NCBI GenBank assembly: GCA_030390025.1
Contig: CM059433.1
Coordinates: 10,480,001 to 10,544,000, forward strand
Length of the DNA: 64,000 nt
Direction: 5' to 3'
Source: Squalus acanthias
Lineage: Eukaryota
Part shown: positions 1-13,144 of the stretch, one piece after another
Layout of the letters: each line of letters begins with the position of its first letter
Position numbering within the stretch: the first letter of the stretch is position 1
Made by a program: the position numbers and the translations under genes
Notes under the pieces: model-generated
The model's database searches: none
The model's input: only the letters and a program-made list of their open reading frames with translations
Told to the model about the DNA's origin: nothing

Positions 1-744
1 GCGATGATTTACTCAGCATGTCCAATTGACTGTACTCGTCTGAGTAGGGCCTGCTTCCCATGCATTTGAGGTCACCAGTGTATATGTAGGTAGCGGGCCA
101 ATCAAAACACTGAACGGCAGGGGAAAAAAAGGCATAAAAAGGCTAACTAAGCGAAATGACTGCAGGAATGCAGTCTTCAGATCAACACATTTTTTGCGCG
201 GTTTCGTTGAACTTAGAATATGTTGGGCTTGATGTATTTTTATGTTCTGATATTAATATACACTTTATTTAATTCTCTAATTCTGCATTTATTTATTGGG
301 TTTTGTTGGTCAAATTTGGGTTCCCCTTACTGCTTCTTTTCTGAGAGAATTGACTCATGCTGTGGAACGCCCATGAAAGTGGTAACCTTCCCATATCTCG
401 TCCTATGCTTTCACTTCTTTAACCCTCTGACCTTCCACCTCCCTTCTCAATTGGGAGCTTTCCCCTTCTTTCTTCTTGGTGTGTTGTTATGATTATTTAT
501 CCCAAGGCTTACTGGAATTCCTGGCTGCCTCATGATTTCAGCATCGGGCAACCTGTTTCACCTCAGTACTGCCTATACATAGATACAAGGTCAATAGGGG
601 ATGGATGGCGTGCCTTGCTATCTCTGTGACTGATGCTAGCTCTGGCATCACGAGCTCTGCTGAAATGGGTTCTGTGTTGGGCCTTTTTGAAGACCCCCAA
701 AATATTACAGAATAAAGGTGATTGATCTCAAAGGGGATGGTCAT

Positions 745-1254
745 CCAAAACTCGGCCGCCCGTCTCCTAACTCGCACCAAGTCCCGTTCGCCCATCTCCC
801 CTGTGCTCGCTGACCTACATTGGCTCTCGGTTAAGCAGCGCCTCGATTTCAAAATTCTCATCCTTGTTTTCAAATCCCTCCATGGCCTCGCCCCTCCCTA
901 TCTCTGTAATCTCCTTCAGCCCCACAACCCCCCGAGATATCTGCGCTCCTCTAATTCTGCCCTCTTGAGCATCCCTCATTATAATCGCTCCACCATTGGT
1001 GGCCGTGCCTTCTGTTGCCTAGGCCCTAAGCTCTGGAATTCCCTGCCTAAATCTCTCCGCCTCGCTACCTCTCTTTCCTCCTTTAAGCCGCTCCTTAAAA
1101 CCTACCTCTTTGACCAAGCTTTTGGTCACCTGCCCTAATTTATCCTCATGTGGCTCGGTGTCAAATCTTTTGTCTTAAAATACTCCTGTGCAGCGCCTTG
1201 GGACGTTTTACTACGTTAAAGGCGCTATATAAATACAAGTTGTTGTTGTTGTTG
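745..1254 (+). mobile_element. L2-clade LINE, 3' fragment
   Basis: ORF 722-1138 carries the L2 ORF2 C-terminus (QNSAARLLTRTK...LHWL...GGRAF...LWNSLP). The fragment ends in AAAGGCGCTATATAAATACAAG(TTG)n. Confidence 0.9.
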
Positions 1255-2053
1255 AATTCAGGCCCTGGTTTCCCTGAGGAGAATACACCCAAAAAAATTG
1301 CCTGTTGCTCATTAACTCTCTCCATCAGAGCAGCAGGGTGTCGCTCCGATTTTCTGCTGGTAACTCGGGCAGGCAACTCAGCTGTGCCCGTACAGGTGCA
1401 GGACTGCCCATCCCGAATATTAAAACCAACCTGTTCTGGGATTTTGGTGCCTCGTTTAGCTGACTGTCCTGTCAACAACCAGAAGTTCTGCTTTGCCACT
1501 CTTTAGCAGTTTCAGGTCCTTAAGATGAAAAAGCTCCACCCGACGAATCTTTTTCCCCCCCGTCACTTCCCAGTTTTTAACGTGATATTTGAACCCATAA
1601 TTGTTATGAACAAATTATCTGGATTGATTTTCTATATTATCTAAATACTCATGAAAACTTCAATCAGATCACCGCGAGGTGCCCCCCTTCGCGCTGAGAG
1701 CAAACCCAGCTTCTATAACCTTTCCTCATAACTTAAATTCCTGATCTGTGGAATCATCTTTGTTGCTGCACTCTCCATCCTCCAAAAAGGCAACAATATC
1801 TTTCCTATGATAAAGGCGACTTGAAATGCTACTTCCAAATTTAGTGAACTTTCGGACCCACCTTCTTTATGATTGATGGTTGGAAGTCATTTGGGCCGGG
1901 ATTCTGGGTCTACCTCAACCTCTTTAGAACCATGTCCCTCATTATTTGCATGCTGTCCTGCTCTTCCTGTTCTGATCCTGAAAATCTGGTATGTGACTTC
2001 AGCAACATCCCCCCCTCCTCTACTTGGGTACAGTCAGATGTGAACGAACTGAC

Positions 2054-2268
2054 TAATATTAACCCCTCAACCAACATCCATTTAAAACAGATTATCCGGC
2101 CATGATCTCATTGCTGTTTGTGGGATCTTGCTATGCGAAATTGGCTGCCGCGTTTCCTACATTTGCAACAGTGACTACACTTCAAAAAGTACGTCATTGG
2201 CTGTAAAACGCTTTGTGACGTCCCGAGGTCACAATAGGGTCGATGTAAATGCAAGTTTGTTCGTCGTT
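2054..2268 (+). mobile_element. SacSINE1-like (Deu-domain) tRNA SINE, 3' part
   Basis: Matches the 3' half of the full SINE copies at 14868-15333 and 55865-56315 (ATTGCTGTTTGTGGGA...AAATTGGCTGCCGCGTTTCC...AAATGCAAG). Confidence 0.75.
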
Positions 2269-2375
2269 CGTAATGCCGCTACTATCTCTTTGTTGTCTGG
2301 AGTCCAGCTTCACAGTATTATGTTTAAGTGGGGCCAATACCGTATTTTCCTTGTTGAAGTAACATTTTTTTTTTG

Positions 2376-2640
2376 ATGGTCAGTGCTGAGTTAGCTGATC
2401 TTGGGCAGGGTGAGCAGTTTGATTGCTGCAATTGGCTTCTGTGCACCTGGATTAGGACGAAGAGAAAAAAAAAAATCTGTGTTCCCTCTTCCGATCAATG
2501 TCCAGGGACTCGTTGAAAAGTGCACGTGTGCGATGTTGGCCGAGGACAGGATTGGTTGCGGTACTTTGTAAGGTTGAACAGCCTGCCAACGCTCACAGTC
2601 TAGGCTCACACATGAAGAATGATTACTTAGTCAAGATACA
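2376..2640 (+). repeat. old SINE-like interspersed repeat, family unassigned
   Basis: Motif GTGCTGAGTTAGCTGATCT...GAGGACAGGAT...AGCCTGCCAAC.CTCAC recurs in degenerate form near 13890-14110(-), 20425(+), 23390-23540(-), 49740-49950(+), 55555(+) and 57640-57890(-). Confidence 0.6.
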
Positions 2641-3382
2641 GGAAGACTGTGAGTACCGTAGGAGCTTTACTGGGTCTGTTGTAGACTAATTGATAGAGAT
2701 TGATTGCTATGATTGGTCAATAACTCCATTATCATTGTATCGTGTGATTACCAGGATGGTAGAAGATGAATTAAAAGCAACTTGGTCTTTTTTTGCCTAG
2801 CAATTCCTACGGTCCTTGCAAGAGTCAGCGTGTAGGGAGGGGAAGGGAAAAAATTGGAACAGTCTATAAGGCGCCCACTGTTATTATTCCCATATATTAA
2901 GCTGATAGTCTCCCTCACTGGTCGAATGTACTATGGGTCCTGGGCAAGGCTATTGATCAATGTTTGCATCATCTTTACTTACAGCTGCCTTTCCTACTGA
3001 GATTAATTTAAAAAAACTTCATCGCAGAACTTTAATTAGTTTTAATAGTTTCAGCATGCAGTCTCCATCTACCCCCAAAATTTCCTTTTTAAACCATATG
3101 TGAGCTGTTTAAAACAAATTACAAAATTGATCCATTTAACCTAAACAGTGTATTTCAGTGCTCCTGCACACTGCTGCTGCTGCTGATATAATCCTGCAGC
3201 GTTATGTAAGATCCTGGAAATGATCAAGAAATACTGAGGAGGATCTTTATGAAAAGCTATAGTACATTGTCCTTGCAATGTTTTGAAAAGGATGATTTCA
3301 TAAAAATGTCACAGATGTCTTCACTGTGGATGTATGAACCAAACAACATTTTTGGCGGATTAAAATTAATACTAGAGTCATC

Positions 3383-4275
3383 GGGGGAAAAATTCAGTTG
3401 GTTGTGCCTCCCGTTAGCGCCTTAAGAGGGCGCTAATGGGGCACAAAGCATCTAGCGCCCAGGCGCGGCGAGGTTTGCGCCGCTCGCGAAATTAACTAGA
3501 CATTTTGCGGCGGCGCTAAACACTACCGCCACGATCTCCTGCGCCGGCAGATCATGACGTCACTCGAGTGCGCAACGCCCCGGTATCGCCCCGGAGCGGA
3601 TATTGAGTGGCGCCCCCTGCCTTACCGCCTGACGCTAGCAACGACAGGTTGAGGGGAGCATTCTGCAGTCATGAAGGGAAAGGGGGAGCGCTATTTAAAG
3701 GTGACCGCTTCCTGCCTTTTATTGTTGGTGCCATTTTTGAACTACGCATTCTGAGAGAGAGAGGGAGAGACTTCTGAAGAGATTCAACGTTGTGTGAAGG
3801 AGTTTTGGGTACTGAGCAGCACTTTGCAGGTTCATTTTGATTTGCCATTCCTTGTATCGATTTAGAAGAGACTGTGGGGGCTGCACTCTGAGCTCTTTGC
3901 CTGGTACTCTCCATTGTTCTTTCCAGCAGATTTGATGTACAGGTCTCTCCAGGCCGAGATTCAAGGCTGCAATGAGCAGGATGTGGATGGAAAGCAAGAT
4001 TAACCATCCCCTTTAAGAACTGGCCCGTGCCATTCTGTGTGTGTTCCATTGCTGACTGACATTACATGAGCTTCGGCAGCGCTCTGAGGTAGTGCCTCGC
4101 TCCTCGGCCTTTGCGCCTTAAGACAGGTGTGAAGCGCCTGATGTAGCGCTGCAATCACCTCCAGGGGCAATAAAAGTCAAGTTTGCAGTCGGAGGCGATA
4201 ATTAGCGCCAGGCGCTAATCTTTGCGCCCAGCCGATAATTGCGCCCCAAATGGGGCGATACTGAATTTCTCCCCC
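3383..4275. mobile_element. non-autonomous PIF/Harbinger-type element (MITE)
   Basis: TIRs GGGGGAAAAATTCAG / CTGAATTTCTCCCCC, flanked by ATC/ATA. It sits in the (ATAGAGTC)n tail of a CR1. A second copy lies in inverted orientation at 60724-61617. Confidence 0.85.
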
Positions 4276-4808
4276 ATAGAGTCATAACGGCACAGAAGGA
4301 GGCCATTCGGCCCATCGAGTCCGTGCCGGCTCTCTGTGGAGCAATTCAGTCAGTCCCATTCCCCCGCTCTATCCCCGTAGCCCTGCAAGTTTATTTCCCT
4401 CAAGTGCCTATCCAGTCTCCCCTTGAAAACATTGAGTGTCTCCGCTTCCACCACTTCCGTCGGCAGCGAGTTCCAGGTCCTCACCACTCGCTGCATAAAA
4501 AAGTTTTTCCTCACATGCCCCCTGTATCTCTTGCCCTAAACCATAAATCTGTGTCCGCTAGTTCTTGTACCATCAAGTGGGAACAGCCTTTCCCCGTCTA
4601 GCCTATCCAAACCCGTCATAATCTTGTACACCTCTATCAAATCACCCCTCAACCTCCTTTGCTCTAATGAAAACAAATCCAGCTTCTCCAACCTGTCCTT
4701 GTAGCTAAGATCCCCCCATCCCCGGAACCACTCTAGTAAATCACCTCTGCACCCTCTCAAGTGCCTTCACATCCTTCCTAAAGTGCGGTGACCAGAACTG
4801 GACGCAAT
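4276..4808 (-). mobile_element. CR1 LINE 3' fragment
   Basis: ORF 4536-4760 (LSYKDRLEKLDLFSLEQRRLRGDLIEVYKI) is followed by a CR1 3' UTR with GGGCCGAATGGCCT. Confidence 0.9.
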
Positions 4809-7461
4809 CTTCTTCTTAGGCAGTCCCTCGGAACCGAGGATGACTTCCTTCCACACTAAAAATGAGTTCTCAGGTGACTGATGAGTCCAATGTGGGACCT
4901 ACAGTCTCTGTTACAGGTGGGGCAGACGGTGGTTGAAGGGACGGGTGGGTGGGGTGCTTGGGTTGACGTGCGTGCCTTCCGCTGTTTGCGCTTGGCTTCC
5001 GCTTGCTCCCAGCAAAGAGACTCGAGGTGTTCGGCGCCTTCTCGGATGCTTCTCCTCCACTTTGTGCAGTCTTGGGCCAGGGATTCCCAGGTGTCGGTGG
5101 GGATGTTGCACTTTTTCAAGGAGGCTTTGAGCGTGTCCTTGAAGCGTTTCCTCTGCCCACCTGGGGCTCTCTTGCCGTGTCGGAGCTCTGAGTAGAGCGC
5201 TTGTTTTGGGAGTCTCATATCGGGCATGCGGACGATGTGGCTGTCCATCGGAGCTGATCGAGCGTGGTCAAAGCTTCGATGCTGGGGATGTTGGCCTGAG
5301 CGAGAACACTGACGTTGGTGCACCTATCCTGCCAATGGATTTGCAGGATCTTGCAGAGGCAGCGTTGGTGGTACCTCTCCAGTGCTTTGAGGTGCCTGCT
5401 GTACAAGATCCATGTCTCTGAAGCATACAGGAGGGCGGGTATCACTACTGCACTGTAGACCATGAGCTTGGTGCTGGGTTTGAGGTCCTGGTCTTCAAAC
5501 ACTCTGTTCCTCAGGTGACCGAAGGCTGCACAGGCACACTGAAGGCGGTGTTGGACTTCGTCATCGACGTCTGCTCTTGTTGACGGTAGGTTCCTGAGGT
5601 ATGGAAAGTGGTTCACATTGTCCAAGGCCTCGTCGTGGATTTTGATAATCGGGGGGCAGTACTGTGTGGTGGGGCAGGTTGATAGAGGACCTTTGTCTTA
5701 CGGATGTTTAGTGTAAGGCCCATGCTCTCGTACGCTTCGGTGAAGGTGTTGATGATGGTTTGGAGTTCAGCCTCAGAGTGTGTGCAGACGCAAGCGTCGT
5801 CTGCATACTGTAATTCAATGACAGAGGATGGGACGACCTTGGATCTGGACTGGAGGCAACGGAGGTTGAACAGTTTCCCGTTTGTTCTGTAGATTAGCTC
5901 CACTCCAGCGGGGAGCTTACTGAGGGGGAGATGGAGCATTGCAGCAAGGAAGATCGAGAAGAGCGTTGGTGCGATGACACAGCCTTGCTTGACCCCGGTT
6001 AGTACGTGAATTGGGTCTGTGGTGGATCCGTTGGTCAGGATCACGGCTTGCATGTCGTCGTGAAGCAGGCGGAGGATGGTGACAAACTTTTGAGGGCAGC
6101 CGAATTTGAGGAGGACACTCCATAATCCCTCATGGTTGATGGTGTCGAAGGCCTTTGTGAGGTCAAAGAAGGCCATGTACAGCGGTTGGTGCTTTTCCCT
6201 GCATTTCTCTTATAGTTGACGCGCGGTGAAGATCATGTCCATTGTGCCCCTTAGCGGGCGGAATCCGCATTGCGACTCTGGGAGGAGCTCGTCAGCCACT
6301 GGCAGAAGGTGATTGAGGAGGATTCTTGCGATGACTTTCCCTGTGGCAGATAGCAGGGAAACTCCTCGTAATTACCGCAATCGGACTTGTCACCTTTCTT
6401 GAAGATGGTCACGATTACGGCGTCTCTGATATCCCCTGGCATGCTCTCCTCCTTCCAAATAAGAGAAATGAGTTCATGTATTCATGCCAATAGTGCTTCT
6501 CCGCCATGTTTTAGTGCCTCGGCGGAGATTCCATCTGCTCCTGAGGCCTTGTTGTTCTTCAGTTGTCGGATGGCCTTTTCAACCTCATGCCGGGCTGGGG
6601 TTGTGCTGAGATGGTGGCGGGTAGCATGCTGGGAGATGGAGTTGAGGACACTCGCATCGAAGACAGAGTCTCGATTAAGTAGATCTTCGAAGTGCTCCTT
6701 CCAGCGGGCACTGACTACCTCTCTGTCCTTGATGAGTACCTCTCCGTTCTAGGCCCGCAGTGGGGTAGGACCTTGGGTGCTTGGGCTGTAGGTGGTCTTG
6801 ACTGCGCTAAAGAATCCACGCACGTCGTGGTTCTTGGCTAGCTGCTGGATCTCCTGCGCTTCCTCCACCCACCATCTGTTCTTTAGGTCGCGAGTTTTTT
6901 GTCGGACCTTGGCCTTCAGGCGTCTGTAGAGCTGCTTTCTTGCTCTCAAGTTCTGTTGCTGTTTCCAGATCAGGAATGCCTTGCGCTTGCGACTTATTAG
7001 CTCCTGAATCTCCTGGTCGTTCTCATTGAACCAGTCTTGGTGTTTCCTGGTCAAGTGACCGAGCGTCTCTTCACAGATGCTGATTATGGAGGCCTTGAGT
7101 GCAGACCAGGCGCTGTGGACACTCTGTGTCTCTGAATCACTGGGAGTCGTCAGGTTGGTTGTGAGGCGCAGGCTGAATAGGGCCTTCTTAGCAGGGTCTT
7201 TGAGTGCTCCAGCGTTGATTTTCCTGCGGCATTGCTTCTGTTGCCGCCGCTGTTTTGGGGCTACATTGATGGAGATGACAGAGCGGATTAGGCGGTGGTC
7301 TGTCCAGCAGTCGTCAGCTCCTGTCATGGCGCGGGTGATGCGGACGTCCTTGCAGTCCCTCGCTCGGACGATGACGTAGTCCAGAAGATGCCAGTGCTTG
7401 GAGCGAGGGTGTTGCCATGAAGCCTTGTACTTGTCTCTCTGACGGAACAAGGTGCTGGTTA
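4809..7461 (-). mobile_element. RTE-clade LINE, 5'-truncated and frameshifted
   Basis: Fragmented ORFs carry the endonuclease end (WQHPRSKHWHLLDYVI, WTDH), RT (DLTKAFD, GVKQGC, YADD) and a C-terminal CPTC...H...H. The 3' tail is (AAG)n. Confidence 0.92.
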
Positions 7462-7892
7462 GACCAATTTGTTCGCCTCCCTTTCCCAGGGATACCATGC
7501 CAATTGTAACATCCGGGAACAGACTAGCGTAATTCCTATCATTACATGGCTCATTATGTGGTGCTTTTATCCGCTGAACCTACAGAGTGAGATCAGAGAG
7601 AAATATTTCCTGCAATCAACAAAGTATCCTGGGATGCCTTGTTTAAAATGAGATATTTTGGGTGTTTTTATTGTACTGAAAGGGGGAAGATTTCCTCTGT
7701 GCACCATGTGCACCAAAATCAGAAACACATTTATATCAAATGTGTTTATTATTTTGCTATACATAGTGAGCAGAAGAAATTTTCCCTCAGAATCTTTGTA
7801 AGGAAATGCTTTATTCCAGACCTGTAGGTGTCTGTATCCAGTAGTCCATGATTATCACTGGTATAATCATTGTCCTCTTTTGTCAATCTTCT

Positions 7893-8242
7893 CGTAGAAT
7901 CCTAGAATCATAGAAATTTACAGCACAGAAGGAGGCCATTCGGCTCATCTTGTCCGTGCCGGCTGACAAAGAGCTGTCCAGCCTAATCCCACTTTCCAGC
8001 ACTTGGTCCGTAGCCCTGTAGGTTACGGCACTTCAAGTGCACATCCAAGTACTTTTTAAATGTGATGAGGGTTTCTGCCTCTACCACCCTTTCTGGCAGT
8101 GAGTTCCAGACCCCACCACCCTCTGGGTGAAAAAAGTTCTCCTCAAATCCCCTCTAAACCTCCTACCAATTACTTTAAATCTATGCCCCCTGGTTATTGA
8201 CCCCATCTGCTAAGGGAAATAAATCTACTCTATCTAGGCTCC
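7893..8242 (-). mobile_element. CR1 LINE 3' end
   Basis: CR1 3' UTR and (TTCTATGA)n-type tail; closely similar to 27198-27545. Confidence 0.85.
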
Positions 8243-8461
8243 TTCTGACCCCTTCTTTTCTGAAAGAACATAAGAACATAAGAAATAGGAGCAGGAGTAG
8301 ACCAATCGGCCCCTCGAGCCTGCTCCGCCATTCAATGAGATCATGGCTGATCTGATCCAACCTCAACTCTAAAGAACACAAGAAGTAGGAGCAGGACCAG
8401 GCCACTCGGCCCCTGGGCCCGCTCCGCCACCCACAGGGCCTTGACCGATCCGAACTCAAAC

Positions 8462-11402
8462 TCATGTCCAATTTCCAGCCCGCTCCCCGTAACCCCTGAT
8501 TCCCTTTACTTCTAGGAAACGGTCTATTTCTGTTTTAAATTTATTTAATGAAGTAGCTTCCACAGCTTCCTGGAGTAGCAAATTCCACAGACCCACTACC
8601 CTCTGAGTGAAAAAGTTTCTCCTCATCTCAGTTTTGAAAGAGGAGCCCCTTATTCTAAGATTATGTCCCCTAGTTCTAGTTTCACCCATCATTGGGAACA
8701 TCCTCACCGCGTCCACCCGATCAAGCCCCTTCACAATCTTATATGTTTCAATAAGATCGCCTCTCATTCTTCTGAACTCCAATGAGTAGAGTCCCAATCT
8801 ACTCAACCTCTCCTCGTATGTCCACCCCCTCATCCCCGGAATTAACCGAGTGAACCTTCTTTGTACTGCCTCGAGAGCAAGTATGTCTTTTCTTAAGTAT
8901 GGACACCAAAACTGTATGCAGTACTCCAGGTGCGGTCTCACCAATACCCTATACAACTGCAGCAATACCTCCCTGTTTTTATATTCTATCCCCCTAGCAA
9001 TAAAAGCCAACATTCCATTGGCTTTCTTGATCACCTGCTGCACCTGCATACTAACTTTTTGATTTTCTTGCACCAAGACCCCCAGATCCCTTTGTACTGC
9101 AGTACTTTCCAGTTTCTCGCCATTAAGATAATAACTTGCTCTCTGATTTTTCCTGCCAAAGTGCATAACCTCACATTTTCCAATATTGTATTGCATCTGC
9201 CAAATCTCTGCCCACTCACTCAGCCTGTCTATATCCCCTTGTAGGTTTTTTATGTCCTCCTCACTCTCTACTTTCCCTCCCATCTTTGTATCATCTGCAA
9301 ACTTTGATATGTTACACTCGGTCCCCTCCTCCAAATCGTTAATATAGATTGTAAAGAGTTGGGGACCCAGCACCGACCCCTGCGGAACACCACTGGCTAC
9401 TGGTTGCCAGTCCGAGAATGAACCATTTATCCCAACTCTCTGCTTCCTGTTAGATAACCAATCCTCCACCCATGCCAGAATATTACCCCCAATCCAGTGA
9501 TTTTTTATCTTGAGTAATAATCTTTTATGTGGCACCTTGTCGAATGCCTTCTGGAAGTCTAAATACACTACATCCACTGGTTCCCCTTTATCCACCCTGT
9601 ACGTTATGTCCTCAAAGAACTCGAGCAAATTTGTCAGACATGACTTCCCCTTCATAAAGCCATGCTGACTTTGTCCTATTAAATTATGTTTATCTAAATG
9701 TTCCGTTACTGTCTCCTTAATAATAGACTCCAAAATTTTACCCACCACAGATGTTAGGCTAACTGGTCTATAATTTCCAGCCTTCTGCCTACAACCCTTT
9801 TTAAATAAGGGTGTTACATTAGCAGTTTTCCAATCTGCCGGGACCTTTGCTGAGTTCAGGGAGTTTTAGAAAATTATTACCAAAGCATCCACAATTCCTA
9901 CTGCCACTTCCCTCAAGACCCTAGGATGTAAGCCATCAGGTCCAGGGGATTTATCCGCCTTGAGTCCCATTATTTTACTGAGTACCAATTCCTTAGTGAT
10001 TTTAATCGTATTTAGCTCCTCCCCCACTAGAGCCCCCTGTTTGTCCAGTGTTGGGATATTCTTAGTGTCCTCTACCGTAAAGACTGAAACAAAATATTTG
10101 TTCAGCATTTTTGCCATCTCCATGTTTCCCACCATTAATTTCCCGGTCTCATCCTCTAAGGGACCTACGTTTGCCTTAACCACCCTTTTTCTTTTAATAT
10201 AACTATAGAAACTCTTGCTATCTGTTTTTATATTTTTTGCTAATTTATTTTCATAGTCTATTTTCCCTTTCTTAATCAATCCTTTCGTTACTTTTTGTTG
10301 TCTTTTGAAGACTTCCCAATCTTCTATCCTCCCACTAACTTTGGCTACCTTATATGTCCTTGTTTTTAGTTGGATACTTTCTTTAATTTCTTTACTTAGC
10401 CATGGATGGCTGTCATTTCTTTTACACCCTTTTTTCCTCAGTGGAATATATTTATTTTGAAAGTTGTAAAATAACTCCTTGAATGAACACCACTGCTCAT
10501 GTACCGTCTTACCCTTTAATCTATTTTCCCAGTCCACTTTAATCAATTCTGCTCTCATGCCATCATAGTCTCCTTTATTCAAGCTCAGTATGCTTGTTTG
10601 AGAACCAACCTTCTCACCCTCTAATTGGATATGGAATTCAACCATGTTATGGTCACTCATTCCAAGGGGATCCTTAACTAGGACATTATTAATTAATCCA
10701 GACTCATTACACAGTACCAGGTCCAAGGTTGCTTGCCCCCTTGTAGGATCAGTTACATACTGCTCAAGAAATCCATCCCTAAGACACTCAATAAACTCTT
10801 CCTCAAGGCTGCCCTGCCCAATTTGATTTGTCCAGTTAATATGATAGTTAAAATCCCCCATAATTATAGCTGTTCCCTTATTACATGCCCAACTATTTCC
10901 TGATTAATACTTCTTCCAACAGAGTTGCAACTGTTAGGAGGCCTATATACTACGCCCACCAATGTTTTTTTCCCCTTATTATTCCTTATCTCCACCCAAA
11001 CTGTTTCATTATCCTGATCTTTTGACCCAATATCATTTCTCTGTATTACAGTGATTCCTTCCTTTATTAACATAGCCACCCCCCCCCTCCCCTTCCTTCC
11101 TGCCTGTCCTTCCTGATTGTTAAATACCCTGGCATATTTAATTCCCAGACGTTGTCACCCTGCAGCCATGTTTCTGTAATGGCCACAAGATCATACCCAT
11201 ACATAGTTATTTGTGCCGTTAACTCGTCAATTTTGTTACGAATGCTACGTGCATTCAGATAAAGAACTTTCCAATGTGTTTTGCGACACTTACTTCCTGC
11301 TTTTTCCTTATTTAACACTTTACCTTTTACTCCATACCTTCTGTCCCTTCCTGACATGCTTTCCTCTGTCTCCCTGCTCAGGTCCCCATCCCCCTGCCAC
11401 AT
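8462..11402 (-). pseudogene. CR1 ORF2: APE endonuclease plus reverse transcriptase (disrupted)
   Basis: Endonuclease motifs YLNARSIRNK, ITETWL, VYRPP, GDFN, SDH; RT motifs DFQKAFDKV, GVPQGSVLGP, FADD. Frameshifts near 11080 and 10890 and one in-frame stop at 9866-9868. Confidence 0.93.
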
Positions 11403-12351
11403 TAGTTTAAATCCTCCCCAACAGCACTAGCAAACACTCCCCCTAGGACAGCGGTCCCGGCCCTGCCCAGGTGCAGACTGTCCGGTTTGTACTGGTCCCA
11501 CCTCCCCCAGAACCGGTTCCAATGTCCCAGGAATTTGAATCCCTCCCCCTTGCACCATTCCTCTAGCCACGTATTCATTTGAAATATCCTCCTATTTCTA
11601 CTCTGACTAGCACGTGGCACTGGTAGCAATCCTGAGATTACTACCTTTGAGGTCCTATTTTTTAATTTACCTCCTAACTCCCTATATTCTGCTTTTAGGA
11701 CCTCATCCCCTTTTTTTACCTATATCGTTGGTGCCTATGTGCACCACGACAGCTGGCTGTTCGCCCTCCCCCTCCAAAATGTTCTGTAGCCGCTCCGAGA
11801 CGTCCTTGACCCTTGCACCAGGGAGGCAACACACCATCCTGGAGTCTCGGTTGCGGCTGCAGAAACGCCTATCTATTCCCCTTACAATTGAGTCCCCTAT
11901 CACTATAGCTCTTCCACTCTTTTTCCTCCCAGCCTGTGCAGCAGAGCTGCCCATGGTGCCAGGAAGTTGGCTGCTGCTGCCTTCCCCTAAGTCATCCCCC
12001 CCAACAGTATCCAAAGCGGTATATCTGTTTGAGAGGGGGATGGCCACAGGGGACCCCTGCACTACCTGCCTGCACCTCCTACTCTGCCTGGTGGTCACCC
12101 ATTCCCTTCCTGCCTGTACACCCTTCACCTGCGGTGTGACCAACTCACGAAACGTGCTATCCACGAGGTTCTCAGCATCGCGAATGCTCCCAATATGCAT
12201 CCAGCTGCAGCTCCAGCGCCGCAATGCGGGCTGTCAGTAGCTGCAGCTGGATACACTTCCCGCACACATGGTCGTCAGGGACACCGGAAGGGTCCCTGAT
12301 TTCCCACATAGAGCAGGAGGAGCACAACATGGGGCTTGGCTGTCCTGCCAT
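11402..12351 (-). pseudogene. CR1 ORF1: CxxC..CxxC zinc finger, coiled coil and SGNH/GDSL esterase-like domain (disrupted)
   Basis: ATG at 12351 gives MAGQPSPMLCSSCSMWEIRDPSGVPDDHVCGKCIQLQLL. Later blocks are IVIGDSIV, LPGA, HIGTND and DSLHL. Frameshifts near 12195 and 11710. Confidence 0.88.
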
Positions 12352-12637
12352 GACTTACCCTTTAATTAATTGAACTTTAATTAAATCAAATCAATACCAC
12401 CAATTTCACTCAATTAAATGAATTACTCAAGGGCCCTTGGTTACTAGCACTAGAAATTATAATCACAAAATTAAGATCTTCGAAACTTTATAAACTATGA
12501 ACCTTAACTATCAAACTATAAAGTAGTATAAATACTAACCTGCCGTACTCACCCAATCAGCCACTCCCTCCTGCCCACGTCACGTTTTGAATCGTAACGT
12601 GGCTCTGAAACGCCGCCGCCGGTCTGAGATTGGTAAA

Positions 12638-12983
12638 CCTCTGCAAACAAAAGCCCGCGAAAGTGAGTTTAGATACTCACCGAGCCTCGGCTCTCTCCGC
12701 CCCCGACACCAGCCTCTAAACAAAAGCCCGCGAAAGTGAGTTTAGATACTCACTGGACATCGGCACTCTCCGCTCCCGACACCAGCCTCTGTAAACAAAA
12801 GCCCGCGAAAGTGAGTTTAGATACTCACCGGACCTCCGCTCTCTCCGCTCCCGACCAGCCTCTGCAAACAAAAGCCCGCGAAAGTGAGTTTAGATACTCT
12901 CCGGGCCTCGGCTCTCTCCGCTCCCGACCAGCCTCTGCAAACAAAAGCCCACGAAAGTAAGTTTAGATACTCACCGGGCCTCC
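12638..12983. repeat. about 5 tandem 73-75 bp units in the CR1 5' UTR
   Basis: TTTAGATACTC recurs at 12668, 12741, 12816, 12889 and 12962. Confidence 0.92.
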
Positions 12984-13144
12984 TGATATACACTCACCCC
13001 CTTTAGGTTAGAGGAGGTGGAAGGGTGGGGGACACTGCAAGTGTAGTGTCTCGGGTTTAGAAACCGCCCAACTTATATACAGGTAAAAAAAAACTTACCC
13101 AGCAACCACTGCGACCCGCACTATTAAAGCAATCACCCTGTATA

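Noticed and set aside
11614..12240. 208-aa plus-strand ORF
   Set aside because: It is the antisense shadow of CR1 ORF1.
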